A DNA stretch of 60,657 nt, the filler included, from Nemertoderma westbladi (taxonomy: Eukaryota; Animalia; Xenacoelomorpha), in the NCBI GenBank assembly GCA_032718475.1. It is 3 parts of 3 records of this genome, joined end to end, with 100 filler letters (N's around TTAATTAATTAA, not from the genome) between each part and the next. Parts side by side here need not be neighbours in the genome. Positions count along the whole stretch, not along the records: positions 1 to 23,829 come from JAUCBJ010004494.1; 2 more parts are not named here. One strand, given 5' to 3'. The notes beneath the pieces are model-generated. The model worked only from the letters and a program-made list of their open reading frames with translations, was not told where the DNA came from and ran no database searches. Shown piece after piece: positions 1 through 11,454 of the stretch (position 1 is the first letter of the stretch; the number at the start of each line of letters is the position of its first letter). The position numbers and the translations under genes are program-made.

Positions 1-1179
1 CACTCAGTGGATAAAACAAGTTCGGGTTCACTTGTGTTCCGGGGCCCACGTATAATCATACCTCCCAATGCCATAAAGGATGTCCTAAAACGACTGCATG
101 TCAGTCATCAAGGAATTCAGAAGACTCAACGTCGAGCCCGTCAGGCAGTATATTGGCCCGGTATTTCGAACAACATTAAGACAACTTTAGATTCGTGTGA
201 ACAATGCCAACGGTATCATTCCTCAAATCCACCAGAACCTCTTATCCAAGAACAAGCTATGCCCACTAGACCATTCGAAATGGCTACCTCGGACCTATTT
301 CAATATGGAGGACAACATTACTTAGTATATGCGGATAGATGGTCAGGGTATCCTCTAGTAGATAAATTCGATCATGATCCCACTGCTTCAGAGGTTGTCT
401 CCATCCTTCGATATAATTTTGCTCTTATGGGTATTCCAAATATTTTACGCAGCGATAGAGGACCACAATATAAGGCTTATTTAACTTAACAGTTCCTCAA
501 GGAATGGGGTGTTGTGTGGAGGCCTTCATCTCCTTACCATCCACAAAGCAATGGACATGCGGAAATGATTGTCAAGATGGTTAAGGGCCTTCTAGCCAAA
601 AGTGGTGGTGATATCAACAGCAATGATTTCCTCAGTGGATTGTTAGAGTTGCGAAATGGTCCACGGGCAGATGGTTTATCACCAGCCCAACGAATATTTG
701 GAAGACCATTGCGTTCCCGAGTTCCCTCTAATAAGGAATCATACATCCCAGACCATTCATCACAATTTGACATTGCGAATGAAAAACGCATCATAAATGA
801 CCAAAAGAGAAAAGTTTATTACGACTACTCCACAACCCCACTCGTAGAAATCCCAAAGGGCGACCTTGTTCGGGTACAGAACCCAAAGACCAAACATTGG
901 GATCGTTTGGCTGAAGTTATACGCAGCGAACAAAACAAACGTTGCTATCTACTTCGATTTGAAAATGGACATTCGTTATGGCGTAATAGAAGACACCTAA
1001 GACAAGTGCTGAAAGACCTAAGATCACCAAATGATATAAAGGCATCTCCATCCATACCACTATCTGGAGAGAAGGGAGAGTCAACGATAATGGACCAGAA
1101 AGTACAAAAGGATTCACCACAACGTGAACGAAAGATACCAAATCGTTTAAACTATCATCACTTTGGTGGCAGTAACTAA
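1..1179 (+). mobile_element. Ty3/Gypsy LTR retrotransposon, 3' end of pol (integrase), disrupted by one in-frame stop
   Basis: ORFs 7-489 and 514-1179 share a frame and are separated by TAA at 487-489. Read through, they give an H2C2 zinc motif (HVSHQG...CEQCQ) and the catalytic triad TSDLF / RSDRGPQ / SNGHAE with exact D(35)E spacing. The element runs off the left window edge. Confidence 0.9.
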
Positions 1180-1213
1180 CTCATTTAAAAAAAAAAAAAA
1201 AAAAAAAAGGACT

Positions 1214-1474
1214 TGGTATAGGATCAATTATAGGGCCTAGCCCCTTAATATAAAAGGGCGGTAAATTTAAACTGAATATATTTAGATATATAATTAACTA
1301 CTTATTAGCCTAGGGTAATATTGCAGTACCGGTAGGTCGGTACCGTCTGACCGTAATGAACCGGATTACATATATAAGATTATTGCTTATATTCCAATAA
1401 CTTTATGCCTATCTATAAATAACAATAATATAGACATTATATTGCTGGTTATTGCCCTGTCTTACTTATTATCA
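1214..1474 (+). mobile_element. Probable 3' LTR of the Gypsy element
   Basis: Follows a purine tract (A22-GG) just after the pol stop; starts TGGTATA, contains TATAAATA, and ends ...TTATCA just before an unrelated tandem array. The second LTR is outside the window, so the ends are inferred. Confidence 0.5.
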
Positions 1475-1480
1475 TACTAC

Positions 1481-1952
1481 GATTGGGCCGATGTGGTACC
1501 GATGTGGTACCGATTGGGTCCTATGTGGTACCGATTGGTTCCGATGAGGTACCGTTTGGGTCCGATGTGGTACCGATTGGGTCCGATGTGGTACCCATTA
1601 GGACCGATGTGGTACCGATTTGGTCCGATGTGGTACCGATTGGGCCCGATGTGGTACCGATTTGGTCCGATGTGGTACCAATTGGGTCCGATGTGGTTCC
1701 GATTGGGTCCGATGTGGTACCGGTACCGATTGGGTCCGATGTCGTACCCATTAGGTCCGATGTGGTACCAATTTGGTCCGATGTGGTACCGATTGGTTCC
1801 GATGTGGTACCGATTTTGTCCGATGTGGTACCGATTGGGTCCGATGTGGTACCGATTTGGTCCGATGTGGTACCGATTGGGTCCGATTTCGTACCCATTA
1901 GGTCCGATGTGGTACCGATTTGGTCCGATGTGGTACCGATTGGGACCGATGT
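1481..1952. repeat. 21-bp minisatellite CCGATGTGGTACCGATTGGGT (~22 copies)
   Basis: Direct tandem copies built from two related CCGAT-initiated subunits; the ORFs across it are repeat artefacts. Confidence 0.95.
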
Positions 1953-2084
1953 ATGAACGTTGTTAACGTTTAAAGTTGGAACATAACCAGATAACAGAAC
2001 ATCAGAATAACAGCATCAAAGGCTTCACTAACTCTCAGCCAAAGGTGTGGTACTACATATTTGCTCAGCTCAAAATTATTCAGA

Positions 2085-2335
2085 TAGGGGGGGGGGGGGG
2101 GGGGGGGGGGACATAAACATTCCTCCCTCTCCAGGGGAAATTCGACGCAAATAACAGATGATTAATATCAAAAATAATAATTGTGTTTAGTTTATTGTTT
2201 TGGTTAATATAACGTGCCACTGCAACCTGCTCCTTTCCCTAAATTGAGAATATAACATTGAGGCGGGATATTAATTCGCCAAGATGGGATTTGCGTCCAG
2301 CTGTCCAGCCCCCCCCCCCCCCCCCCCCCGTTTCA
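2085..2335. mobile_element. Short dispersed repeat (MITE-like) with core TTATTGTTTTGGTTA...GCCACTG(T/C)AACCTGCTCCTTTCCCTAAATTG
   Basis: Related copies at ~2980-3050, ~3489-3545, ~12205-12380 (+), ~21240-21400 (-) and a fragment at ~48175 (-). This copy has G-run/C-run arms and an inverted pair GACGCAAAT / ATTTGCGTC. Confidence 0.65.
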
Positions 2336-2715
2336 AATTATTTCAAACAATGCATTGATAACGTTTTCTCTTTCAAACTTTTTCCCTTCCCTTCCGCAGA
2401 CTGGAGAACTGAAGATTGTCTCTAGTGCATGTGTTATATATCAGTCGGTTAGTATATAGTACAGTATAGTATAGTATAATTATACAAATACAATAACTGC
2501 CAAGCTCAATGTGTATACCTGCAGACGGGTACAGTACTGTATAAATAGGGGCAATAGTCTCTGCATTAGATATTCTAGTATCTAGTACCTACTGCAGTGC
2601 AGTACCGGTTACCAGCCTGACCTGTTGTCAGAAAGACTAACAATTACTGAATTACTGATACGAGTTTGGTCAGTTGGTGCTGGAACTTGTTATTTACATC
2701 CTAAATTGCTAATTT

Positions 2716-2812
2716 GTGGCCGATGTGGCTCCGATGTGGCCCCGATGTGGTCCGATGTGGCCCCGATGTGGTCCGATTTGGTCCGATGTGGTACCGATTG
2801 GGTCCGATGTGG
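2716..2812. repeat. Second short block of the CCGATGTGG minisatellite family
   Basis: Same subunits and orientation as 1481-1952. Confidence 0.85.
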
Positions 2813-4346
2813 CTTTTAGACGGACCCGTACAAACAACAATCAACCACCTCCCCAAGCAGCGCCAGAGATTACTAGCAAAAATGTCAAAAAAGCAAAAAA
2901 AATTATCACCAGTCAGTCTGTGTGACTGACTATTGTGTTATTGACTCTCATTCTCACCTCATTTATTAGGATATATTGCTGTTTTGGTTAGAACTTAGAA
3001 TATGCCACTACTGGTATAAGTATAACCTGTAACCTGGCCCTACCCCTTTGCCTTTTTTCTAGGCCTAACATTAACATTTCAGGATCTAAGGAATGACCAT
3101 ACTGCTGTACTGCCATAGAAGGACTTAATGATGCAGAAGTGCAGAACCATATAATCCATATTCAATGAGTTAGTTAAGTTGCCAAATATGGCAACAACGG
3201 CTTTATATAGTTGCCAAATCAGGCAATCAGAAATGTTGCCAGATTTTGCTTGGTTGCCATACAGCCATATATGGCAATCTCAATCATTGCCAGATTTGGC
3301 CATTGTACCTAACTGTAGTGGCGAAATTCATGGGCTTCAAATTAGGCATTAGGAGGCCCCTCTGTTAGATCCCTTGCTGCCTTGACCGTGTAGGACTGTT
3401 TTCTGTTTGTGTAGTGTTTTAAAAACGGTCCTACGAATTACCCCAACACCCAAACCAAAACACCCCGAAATACTTGTTTTTCACTCTCGTTTATTGTTTT
3501 GGTTAGAAAAACTTGCCACTGTAACCTGCTCCTTTCCCTCGCCGTTTCTGTTGTTACATTGTTGGCTTATTTTGGGGTACCGGTAATAGTTTAGCCTTTT
3601 TGTGGTATTTTGTGACTATTTGCTATTTGGGATAGGCCTAATTCTGTAATTCGTACAGTCGTAGGACCCTCTAACAGTCTAATGTTAACATATATTGGTT
3701 TGTTAACATAATTGCGGTAAATTGCGGTTTTTAGTAGGACCCCCTTACATGACTGTCAATCAATAAACACCCCTTGGAAGGACATAATCTGGCGTTCCTT
3801 TTTCTGTGGACATAATTTGGCGTTCCATTACGCCTAATTCTGATAATATTTTAAAAGTGAGATAACTTTTTATTCCGTAAGCTATATTCTTTCTTACGAG
3901 GTGAAATGTCATTATATTTTGCAAGGAATTCAGTGGTATAAATTTTAAAATGCGACAATTTTGTATCAAATGCCCTTATCATTCTTATTTTTTCCTATGT
4001 TAGTCTATGGGGAAAATGCAGCAAGATTGGTTCTGGCGACGCCAAATTTTGGCGTTCAAAAGGACAAAATCGGGCGTTGTGTTCCTAACTGATATTGGCA
4101 TGACAGCATGACTAGTGACTACAGCTGTCCCTGTCCTGTACCGCACAGTTGTACGCTAGAAGCACATCTAGACCCTAGTGCCTAGACCAAGCCTGCAAGC
4201 TACCGGCTGACCGGTACCGGACAGATACCTACCGGCAGACCGGTATTCCAGTATTCCAGTATTCTCTAGGCCTATCACTCTCACCAATCCAGCAATCTGA
4301 CTACTGGACTAGGCCTATCCTGCTATCTGCCTATACAACTGCTATC

Positions 4347-5432
4347 GGGTAAATCTTTTCGACCTACGCGTAGGTCTACGCGTAGCTACGCGTAGTTCGC
4401 AACATTGGGTCATATATCACCAGTTTCAGAGGTTTAACATTAACTACGCGTAGGTCCTACGCGACCTACGCGTAGGTGCTACGTATAACTACAAACTACG
4501 CGTAGGTGCTACCCATAACTATGCCTATACGTCGTTTATCATTAGTAGGCCTATGAATTCCAAGTGAGTCAGTACTAAAATAAGACAATACGGTATGTTT
4601 AATAAACAACCCATAACCATCAAATGCTTTCAACAGTAATGTATCCTATACCTGTATACTCTACTGTATATAGAGGAATATGCTAAGACTACATATTCTT
4701 CACTTCATGCGTTGCGGGCGCTAAAATGTGTTAATAATGTTTAGAGTTCAAAAATAGTTTACAAAGGAAATAGGCCGATGGTTCTTATCGATTCTCTATG
4801 CTTTTTATTGCCTTATTTGTTCACGATAACGCAAGGATATATTTAATATGTTAATCCCTTGACAAGGGAAGGGGGAGACTAAATTTTCTACCATGATTGG
4901 TTGCACTTGTTATTTGACCAAACAATTGAATTATATGCAGTATTTATCAGCTTTCGCTTAACCACTTCACCGGTAGACTGGTAGCTTACTACTGTAGAAT
5001 ATTTAAATAATCCAATGGAAACAAAGATACTTGAATCATGAGACGTGACTTTTAAGTCTACTTTTTATTCATCCTGTGTTTGTATTTGAAAGAGCCGAAT
5101 ATTATTTATTACCAGTGCTGAATGTAGAGATATGAGCTTCCGATTCTGTATTCCATTTGTCTGATAATCAGATACCTAACATACCGATACTTGCCTAACA
5201 ACTCAACCCTACCGGACCTGAAATGAAAAATCATTGTTATCAGGACTGCTACGCGTAGCACCTACGCGTAGTTGCCAAATACCTACGCGTAGTTCCAAAA
5301 TAACTACGCGTAGTTTTAAAACACCTACGCGTAGTTGTTAAAAAGGCAGTAAGTCTGGCCCTACCGGTAAATGACAGGAATGGAAGTTACAAACTACGCG
5401 TAGGCCTACGCGTAGGTCGAAAAGATTTACCC
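4347..5432. mobile_element. Non-autonomous DNA transposon (MITE) with 8-bp TSD; Merlin-like GG termini, superfamily uncertain
   Basis: TIR GGGTAAATCTTTTCGACCTACGCGTAGG at 4347 with its perfect reverse complement ending at 5432; TSD CTGCTATC at 4339-4346 and 5433-5440; many subterminal CTACGCGTAG palindromes; no ORF. Confidence 0.92.
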
Positions 5433-5849
5433 CTGCTATCTACATGATCTATACCACTCAGCCACTATACCAGTAGCCATGGTAGCAGTACCTGAGTACA
5501 GTAGTATAGGCTATCCGTTATCTGGCTATAGGTATAGGAGATAGGCTATTTGGGTTGGGTAAGTGAGGGGTGGTATTATTTTATTATCGTACTGTAGGTG
5601 TCGTGGGGTTGCAGAAAATTTAGTAGACTGTGTCATGCCGCATGGCACAGTATTCTCCCAAGCGCATGGCCCATGTGCTTGCGCCAATTCTGACTATTGA
5701 TTTATATGGTACTGTATGTTGCGTATTTTCCAGGAAGTCTGATTTTTTGTCATTTGCTTTCATTATCTAATACCATTTTCTGCTGCCATAGGCAGAGAGA
5801 GGCCTCGTTTATCGGTTCTATCTTTATCGGGTCTGTTACATATGCGTTC

Positions 5850-6640
5850 TCATTTATCAAATTAGAAATTGTGCATATTGATAATTCTTACGAATACTTA
5901 GGCGTTATAGTCCAATCATCTCTGTGCTTTTCAAAGCACATAGACCCAAAGAAACGTGAGTGCTATACTGTAGCTTGATAGGATCGCTATCTGTATTACC
6001 ACTACTATCTGTAGATACTCGGCTGAAAATTTTTAACAGTAAAGTAGCCCCAAAAGCCCTCTATGCAATCACCACTTTTGGTAAATATTTAAAATTGAAA
6101 CACCTAAAGAACATAGACATGATAAAATCTTAATTTTTGAAGAAAATGCTTGGCTTGCCACTAAATGCCTCATCAACCCTAGCTCACAACCTTGTCGGCG
6201 AGAAAACCCTCACTGAGACTACTCTACTGAAATTCCCGAACACGTTCAACTCCGATTCCATTTCACAATACAAAGCCTTCAGAACCGAACGCCAGAACGC
6301 TTTCATTGCCGAAGGTTTTCTTAATGGCCCTGCGTTTTCCAACACCGCATGGAGAAGAACCGGACAGAAAAACCGTCACGTCATCTCAAGAACCACCTAA
6401 CACGGTTTTCATCACAAGCTTTGCACTAACACTCGCCCTTTCCATGACCGCTCCGTCTCTTGTGTTTGCAAATTCTGTAACCTAAGTTGCGAAGACAAGT
6501 ACCACGTGCTATCATGCTCCTCATCTCCATCTCTCTCCGCACTAGCAAACGAATAATTTAACTTTGTAAACCTTTATATTTTTCATAATCTATCTCACAC
6601 TCCATTTTACTGAAAATTTTTATATAATAAAAAAAAAATA
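5850..6640 (+). pseudogene. Degraded 3' end of a non-LTR retrotransposon (RTE-X-like C-terminus)
   Basis: Fragments YEYLGVIVQSSLCFSKHI (late RT motif) and KKMLGLPLNAS; after a stop, CVCKFCNLSCEDKYHVLSC (CCHC-type knuckle); then an A-rich tract near 6630. Several stops. Confidence 0.7.
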
Positions 6641-7545
6641 GATATTTTATATTATGTTGGTTGAGAATAAACTGTTTTTATCATTTGAGCTTTTAATGAT
6701 ATGTTCCTGTATTATACTCGTATAATTTGTGCACTGTATGTAAATTATTCCATATATTCACTGTCGATTCTACCCTGACAAATGAGCTAATATATTTGCC
6801 CCGCACGGGGGCGTATCTTTCTTTAAAAAATAAATTTATCAGGTTGGTATGTCACAAAGTGGTTTCCGTGTAAATCTGCAGTCTGTCACACGCGGTTTCG
6901 ATCCCAGGAAAAACATGGTCGGCTTTTTGCTGGCGGAATATAGCCGTCTTTTCGTCTGGCGCAAAGGCCGCTAATATAGCCAGCTTTATCGCTGCGTTTT
7001 TGGTACCGAAACGCCGGCAAATACGCCACTACCCATTGCCCGCCATTAGAAAATTAGAAAGTAATTCTACCAAAACCGACTTCCTTTAGCAATATTTTCC
7101 GGCGATTATCCGGCTAGATATAGCCCTCTATTTGCCAGCTCAATTAAGCCGCACAGTGTCGACTATATATAGCTGGATATATATATATAGCTACTGTATA
7201 TAGCTATATGTATACTATATATAGCTGGATTATAGCCGGCTAATTGTAGTTAGCTGGATTACAAGCGGCTACTGTAATTGTAGCGGGATTATAACTGGGT
7301 TACACACTTTATGAAATCACACAATACAAGCGCTAATTGCTTTTTTCAGCGTGTCGATATTACATATTCTGTTTAATGTTTTTGAAATTAAACCACAGTA
7401 CACAGTCTGTCGAAAATCTGAAATATAATTTCCTGGATATAAATTAGTTTTGCATATTTAATGTAACAGAACAACTGTATTATATTATTAAGAATGAGTG
7501 TCAAATATTAAAAATATTTTTATTACAGAAAATAATTATAAGAGA

Positions 7546-8074
7546 TTACAAGTTAGTAAACAGATACAAGTCAGTAAACAGATACAAATCAGTAAACAGA
7601 TACAAGTTAGTAAACAGATACAAGTCAGTAAACAGATACAAGTCAGTAAACAGATACAAGTCAGTAAACAGATACAAGTTAGTAAACAGATACAAGTTAG
7701 TAAACAGATACAAGTCAGTAAACAGATACAAGTCAGTAAACAGATACAAGTTAGTAAACAGATACAAGTTAGTAAACAGATACAAGTTAGTAAACAGATA
7801 CAAGTTAGTAAACAGATACAAGTTAGTAAACAGATACAAGTCAGTAAACAGATACAAGTCAGTAAACAGATACAAGTTAGTAAACAGATACAAGTCAGTA
7901 AACAGATACAAGTCAGTAAACAGATACAAGTCAGTAAACAGATACAAGTCAGTAAACAGATACAAGTTAGTAAACAGATACAAGTTAGTAAACAGATACA
8001 AGTTAGTGAACAGATACAAGTTAGTAAACAGATACAAGTCAGTAAACAGATACAAGTCAGTAAACAGATACAAG
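7546..8074. repeat. 18-bp minisatellite CAAGT(T/C)AGTAAACAGATA (~29 copies)
   Basis: Near-perfect tandem array with one frequent T/C variant position; lies inside the 6903-10170 element. Confidence 0.97.
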
Positions 8075-8399
8075 CTGTAAGTGTGAATAAATTAAATGGC
8101 TTGTGCGCAATTGTGCTCAATTAAAATTAGATGTGATAGTACCTTGTAAAACTTGTTACTGACAACCTGTATCATAATCCAAACGATGCGATGTCCCGAA
8201 GCAAAACAAAAAATATCGAATTAATGAGTAAATAGCGAAATTACAGCAAATTTCGTTGTTATTCGTGGGGGGGGGGGGGGGGTTGCAACAAATTACGAAG
8301 AAAATGGCAAACTAAAACTGTATGATATTTATATGGTACAGGTTTCTGTATTGGTCCCAATTGCACACCTTCCACCCAGAAGTATAAAAGGTAAACAAG

Positions 8400-8660
8400 T
8401 ATAAATAATGTGCAAATATAAAAATAATGTAACAGGGTAACTTACTTTGGCACCTTTGGTTGGGACTATTCTATCTATGTATTATTGCAAATATAAAAAT
8501 CTAAAACGACAATGTCTTACTTACTATGGCACTTAGGGGGCTATTCTATCTATTATTGCAACTATGAAGTAATGAAACACGGCAATGTCTTACTATGGCA
8601 CTTTTGGGGCTATTAGCTATCTATGTATTATTGCAAATATAAAACTGTAAAAGACAATGT
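8400..8660. repeat. Degenerate ~60-70-bp tandem repeat (3-4 copies)
   Basis: Recurrent TTACTATGGCAC...CTATCTATGTATTATTGCAAATATAAAA. Confidence 0.6.
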
Positions 8661-10239
8661 TTTAAATTTGGGGTTCAACCTTGAAATACAATTAATTACT
8701 ACCTACAGTAGGCCTACAGTAAATTACTTTTACTACGGATAAGTGAATAATAAATGAAATAATTAAGAAGAGTATTGAAAATCAAGATAATTAAAAATTA
8801 ATAATAATTATATAATTAATAGAATTTGATACGATACGCCTAAAGTTGTATATCCTACCCAACCCATCCGTCTCTCTCTACCTTTTCCACACCATTTACA
8901 GCCTATTGTTCAATATCAAATCGATCATATCATATCAATCTCTTTCGTCGTATTCGATCCGACTCCCCCTTGAACGCCATTTCGATATTCTTCTTTATCT
9001 AACTTGCAACACCTAAGATATTAATACTTTTTTCGAACAATAATAAATTATTATATTTTAACGAATAATATCGTATCTACTGTAAACTTATTTAAAGTGA
9101 TTCGAAGACATTTAATTCATTCGAAATGTCTGAAATGACAATCTTCAGCCATTTCGTTGTTTATAATCCTTTCTTCCTGGTTGATACCTACTGTACCATA
9201 TTCTAAACCTCGGTGTCTTTTGTGTCTTAAAACTCTTCCATAAAATTAAAATTAATTATAAAATTAATAAAAATATAAATATATTTGGAAAGGTTTTATT
9301 TTGGCCTACAATGGACTTACTATTGATTAATTTCACGAGTTGTCGTTTACTTATCAGTATGATGCAATCATTTGCGCTCGTCCAGTTGACTTTATAAATG
9401 AATGGCTTCCCCTTGAAATACGTTACAGAGTTGAAATAACCCAATACGATATTCTTAACTATCTACGTCACGGAATGATAGATGGTTCTCGGTTGTAAAG
9501 TAGTTGAGCTAAGAACTACTAAGAGCTACGCCGAGGTCGTAAAAATTTACCCTTCAAAAGAATGGCTGAGACGGACCTACAGTAGATTGGCCTACAGTAT
9601 AATAATAAACAATAGACTGTCTGATACAGATACAGTACTTACTGTACTACAAGGCAACGGATGAAATCATCTAGTAATCAATCAGGCTAAAAGCCGTCTG
9701 AAAACTGTCTTAAATTAGCAAACAATTTTATTATTAGACAATGAATGACATATCGACTTCATAGGCAAAACTTTTCCAGAAAGAAAATGCCGGCATTTTG
9801 CTAGCTAAATAAAGCGACAAATAATCCGCTATATGTCGTCGAGTTTGAGTTACTGGCGCTTTTGCGGCTATAATCTGCCAGCGAAATGGCAGTCAACTTT
9901 CAGCATCATATCACTCACCCAGACAGCCAGAGTAGCAACAAACAGACGAAATGTAGCCGGAATATAGCCGGCGTTTAATAGCCTGTTAATAGGCGGCTAC
10001 AAATTACCGGCGATTCGCCGACAATAGGTCAGCAATATAAGCCGGCACCTTTTAGGCTATACGACGACGTAAAAACGCCGGCTAAATATAGCCTGTTGCC
10101 GCTTTTCGCCGGGTACCAGCTACAATTTCCAGCTATTTGACGGCAATTAGACGGCTATGTTTTTCCTGCGATTATTCGCCTTTGTTACGCATGGACGTGG
10201 TCTCTCTTCACGCCTTTGTCACACGTATGGTGTCTGTTC

Positions 10240-10985
10240 CGATCTCCCCACACACACCCCTAACCCTCTCTCCGCCATCTCCATGCTTCTTTTTCCCTCC
10301 ACCCCCTACCTCTCTCACCACTATACCCCCTACCCTTTTCTCCCCCCACTCGCCTACCCCTTTATCCCCCTGCCCCCTTCTCTCTACCTCTCTATCCACT
10401 ATACCCCGTGCCCCTTTCTCCCCCCATCACCCTACTCTCTCTCCACCATACCCCCAGCCTCTATATACCTTCCAATAAGCCCCCCTCCCCGTGTTTCCAC
10501 GCAGGCCCCTTCCTCTATCTCCGTGTAAAAATCGACCACTATGCACTCCTGCATTTTCATCTCCAAACAGATCGGTTTTTTGGTCTGTCACACATGGTCT
10601 TGTTTATTTGTTTGTCACACGCGGTCTCGTATAATGGGTCTGTATTATACTATTCGGGGGTCAACGCAAAGTCTATCGGTACTACATCGTCTCTCAAACT
10701 CATACACCCAACTACTCATACATACATCCACCCCCTCAACTACTCTTACATACACCCAACTACTCATGTACATACACCCAACACCCAACTACTGTACTCA
10801 TACATAAACCCAACTACTCATACATACACCCACCCCCTCAACTACTCATACTGTACATACACCCACCCCCTCAACTACTCATACATACTCCCAACTACTC
10901 ATACATACTCCCAACTACTCATACATACACCCACCCAACTACTCATACATACACCCAACTACTCATACATAGGCCTACATCCAAC
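10240..10985. repeat. C-rich low-complexity tract plus degenerate AACTACTCATACATACACCC repeats
   Basis: Pyrimidine-rich tract at 10240-10500; repeated AACTACTCATACATAC units at 10695-10985. Confidence 0.75.
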
Positions 10986-11454
10986 TGCGAGCTCCTACTT
11001 GCGAACCGGTTTCCTCCCATCAAAACGCGCAGTTTCCTCACACTTATCACTGTTATATCTGTAAGTTAACTGGGCGCGGGAAGTTTAAATTGTGATTAGT
11101 GGATATATATATATAATATAATCTAACATAATACTGTAATACATGTATAATATAATATAATATAACCTGAGTGTCAGGGACTTTTAGTAATACAGTAATG
11201 CAAATTATATGTTTGACTGTTGAAACATACATTTATATTTTATTGTAAATACTGTAAATAATGTATAGGCCAAATATTGTATAATTCAAATAAAAGGAAA
11301 TATTAATATATTAAAACTTTTTTTTACGCGGTTCTAAACATTAAAAAAACAGACGATTCACTCATAAAAATATCGATGATAATGTTGGGGTACAGTACTC
11401 CTGTTATAAACTACTAATTTTTGCATTTTGTCATGTATAATTAACACTAATTTG

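Larger units (their letters stand above)
6903..10170. mobile_element. Probable non-autonomous CMC/EnSpm-like DNA transposon (~3.3 kb)
   Basis: Left end CCCAGGAAAAACAT, right end ATGTTTTTCCTGCG (13/14 inverted match); 2-bp TSD AT on both sides; many subterminal TATAGCCG/CGGCTA motifs at both ends; no transposase. Confidence 0.6.

Noticed and set aside
1442-1966. Repetitive ORFs (PMWYRLG / SDVVPIG)
   Set aside because: Stop-free translations of a 21-bp minisatellite in several frames and on both strands.
7498-8124. QIQVSK, CICLLT and LYLFTN repeat proteins
   Set aside because: Products of an 18-bp array inside a non-coding transposon; no start context or splice support.
10137-11064. Pro/Thr/His-rich ORFs
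   Set aside because: Low-complexity and tandem DNA that is open in several frames.
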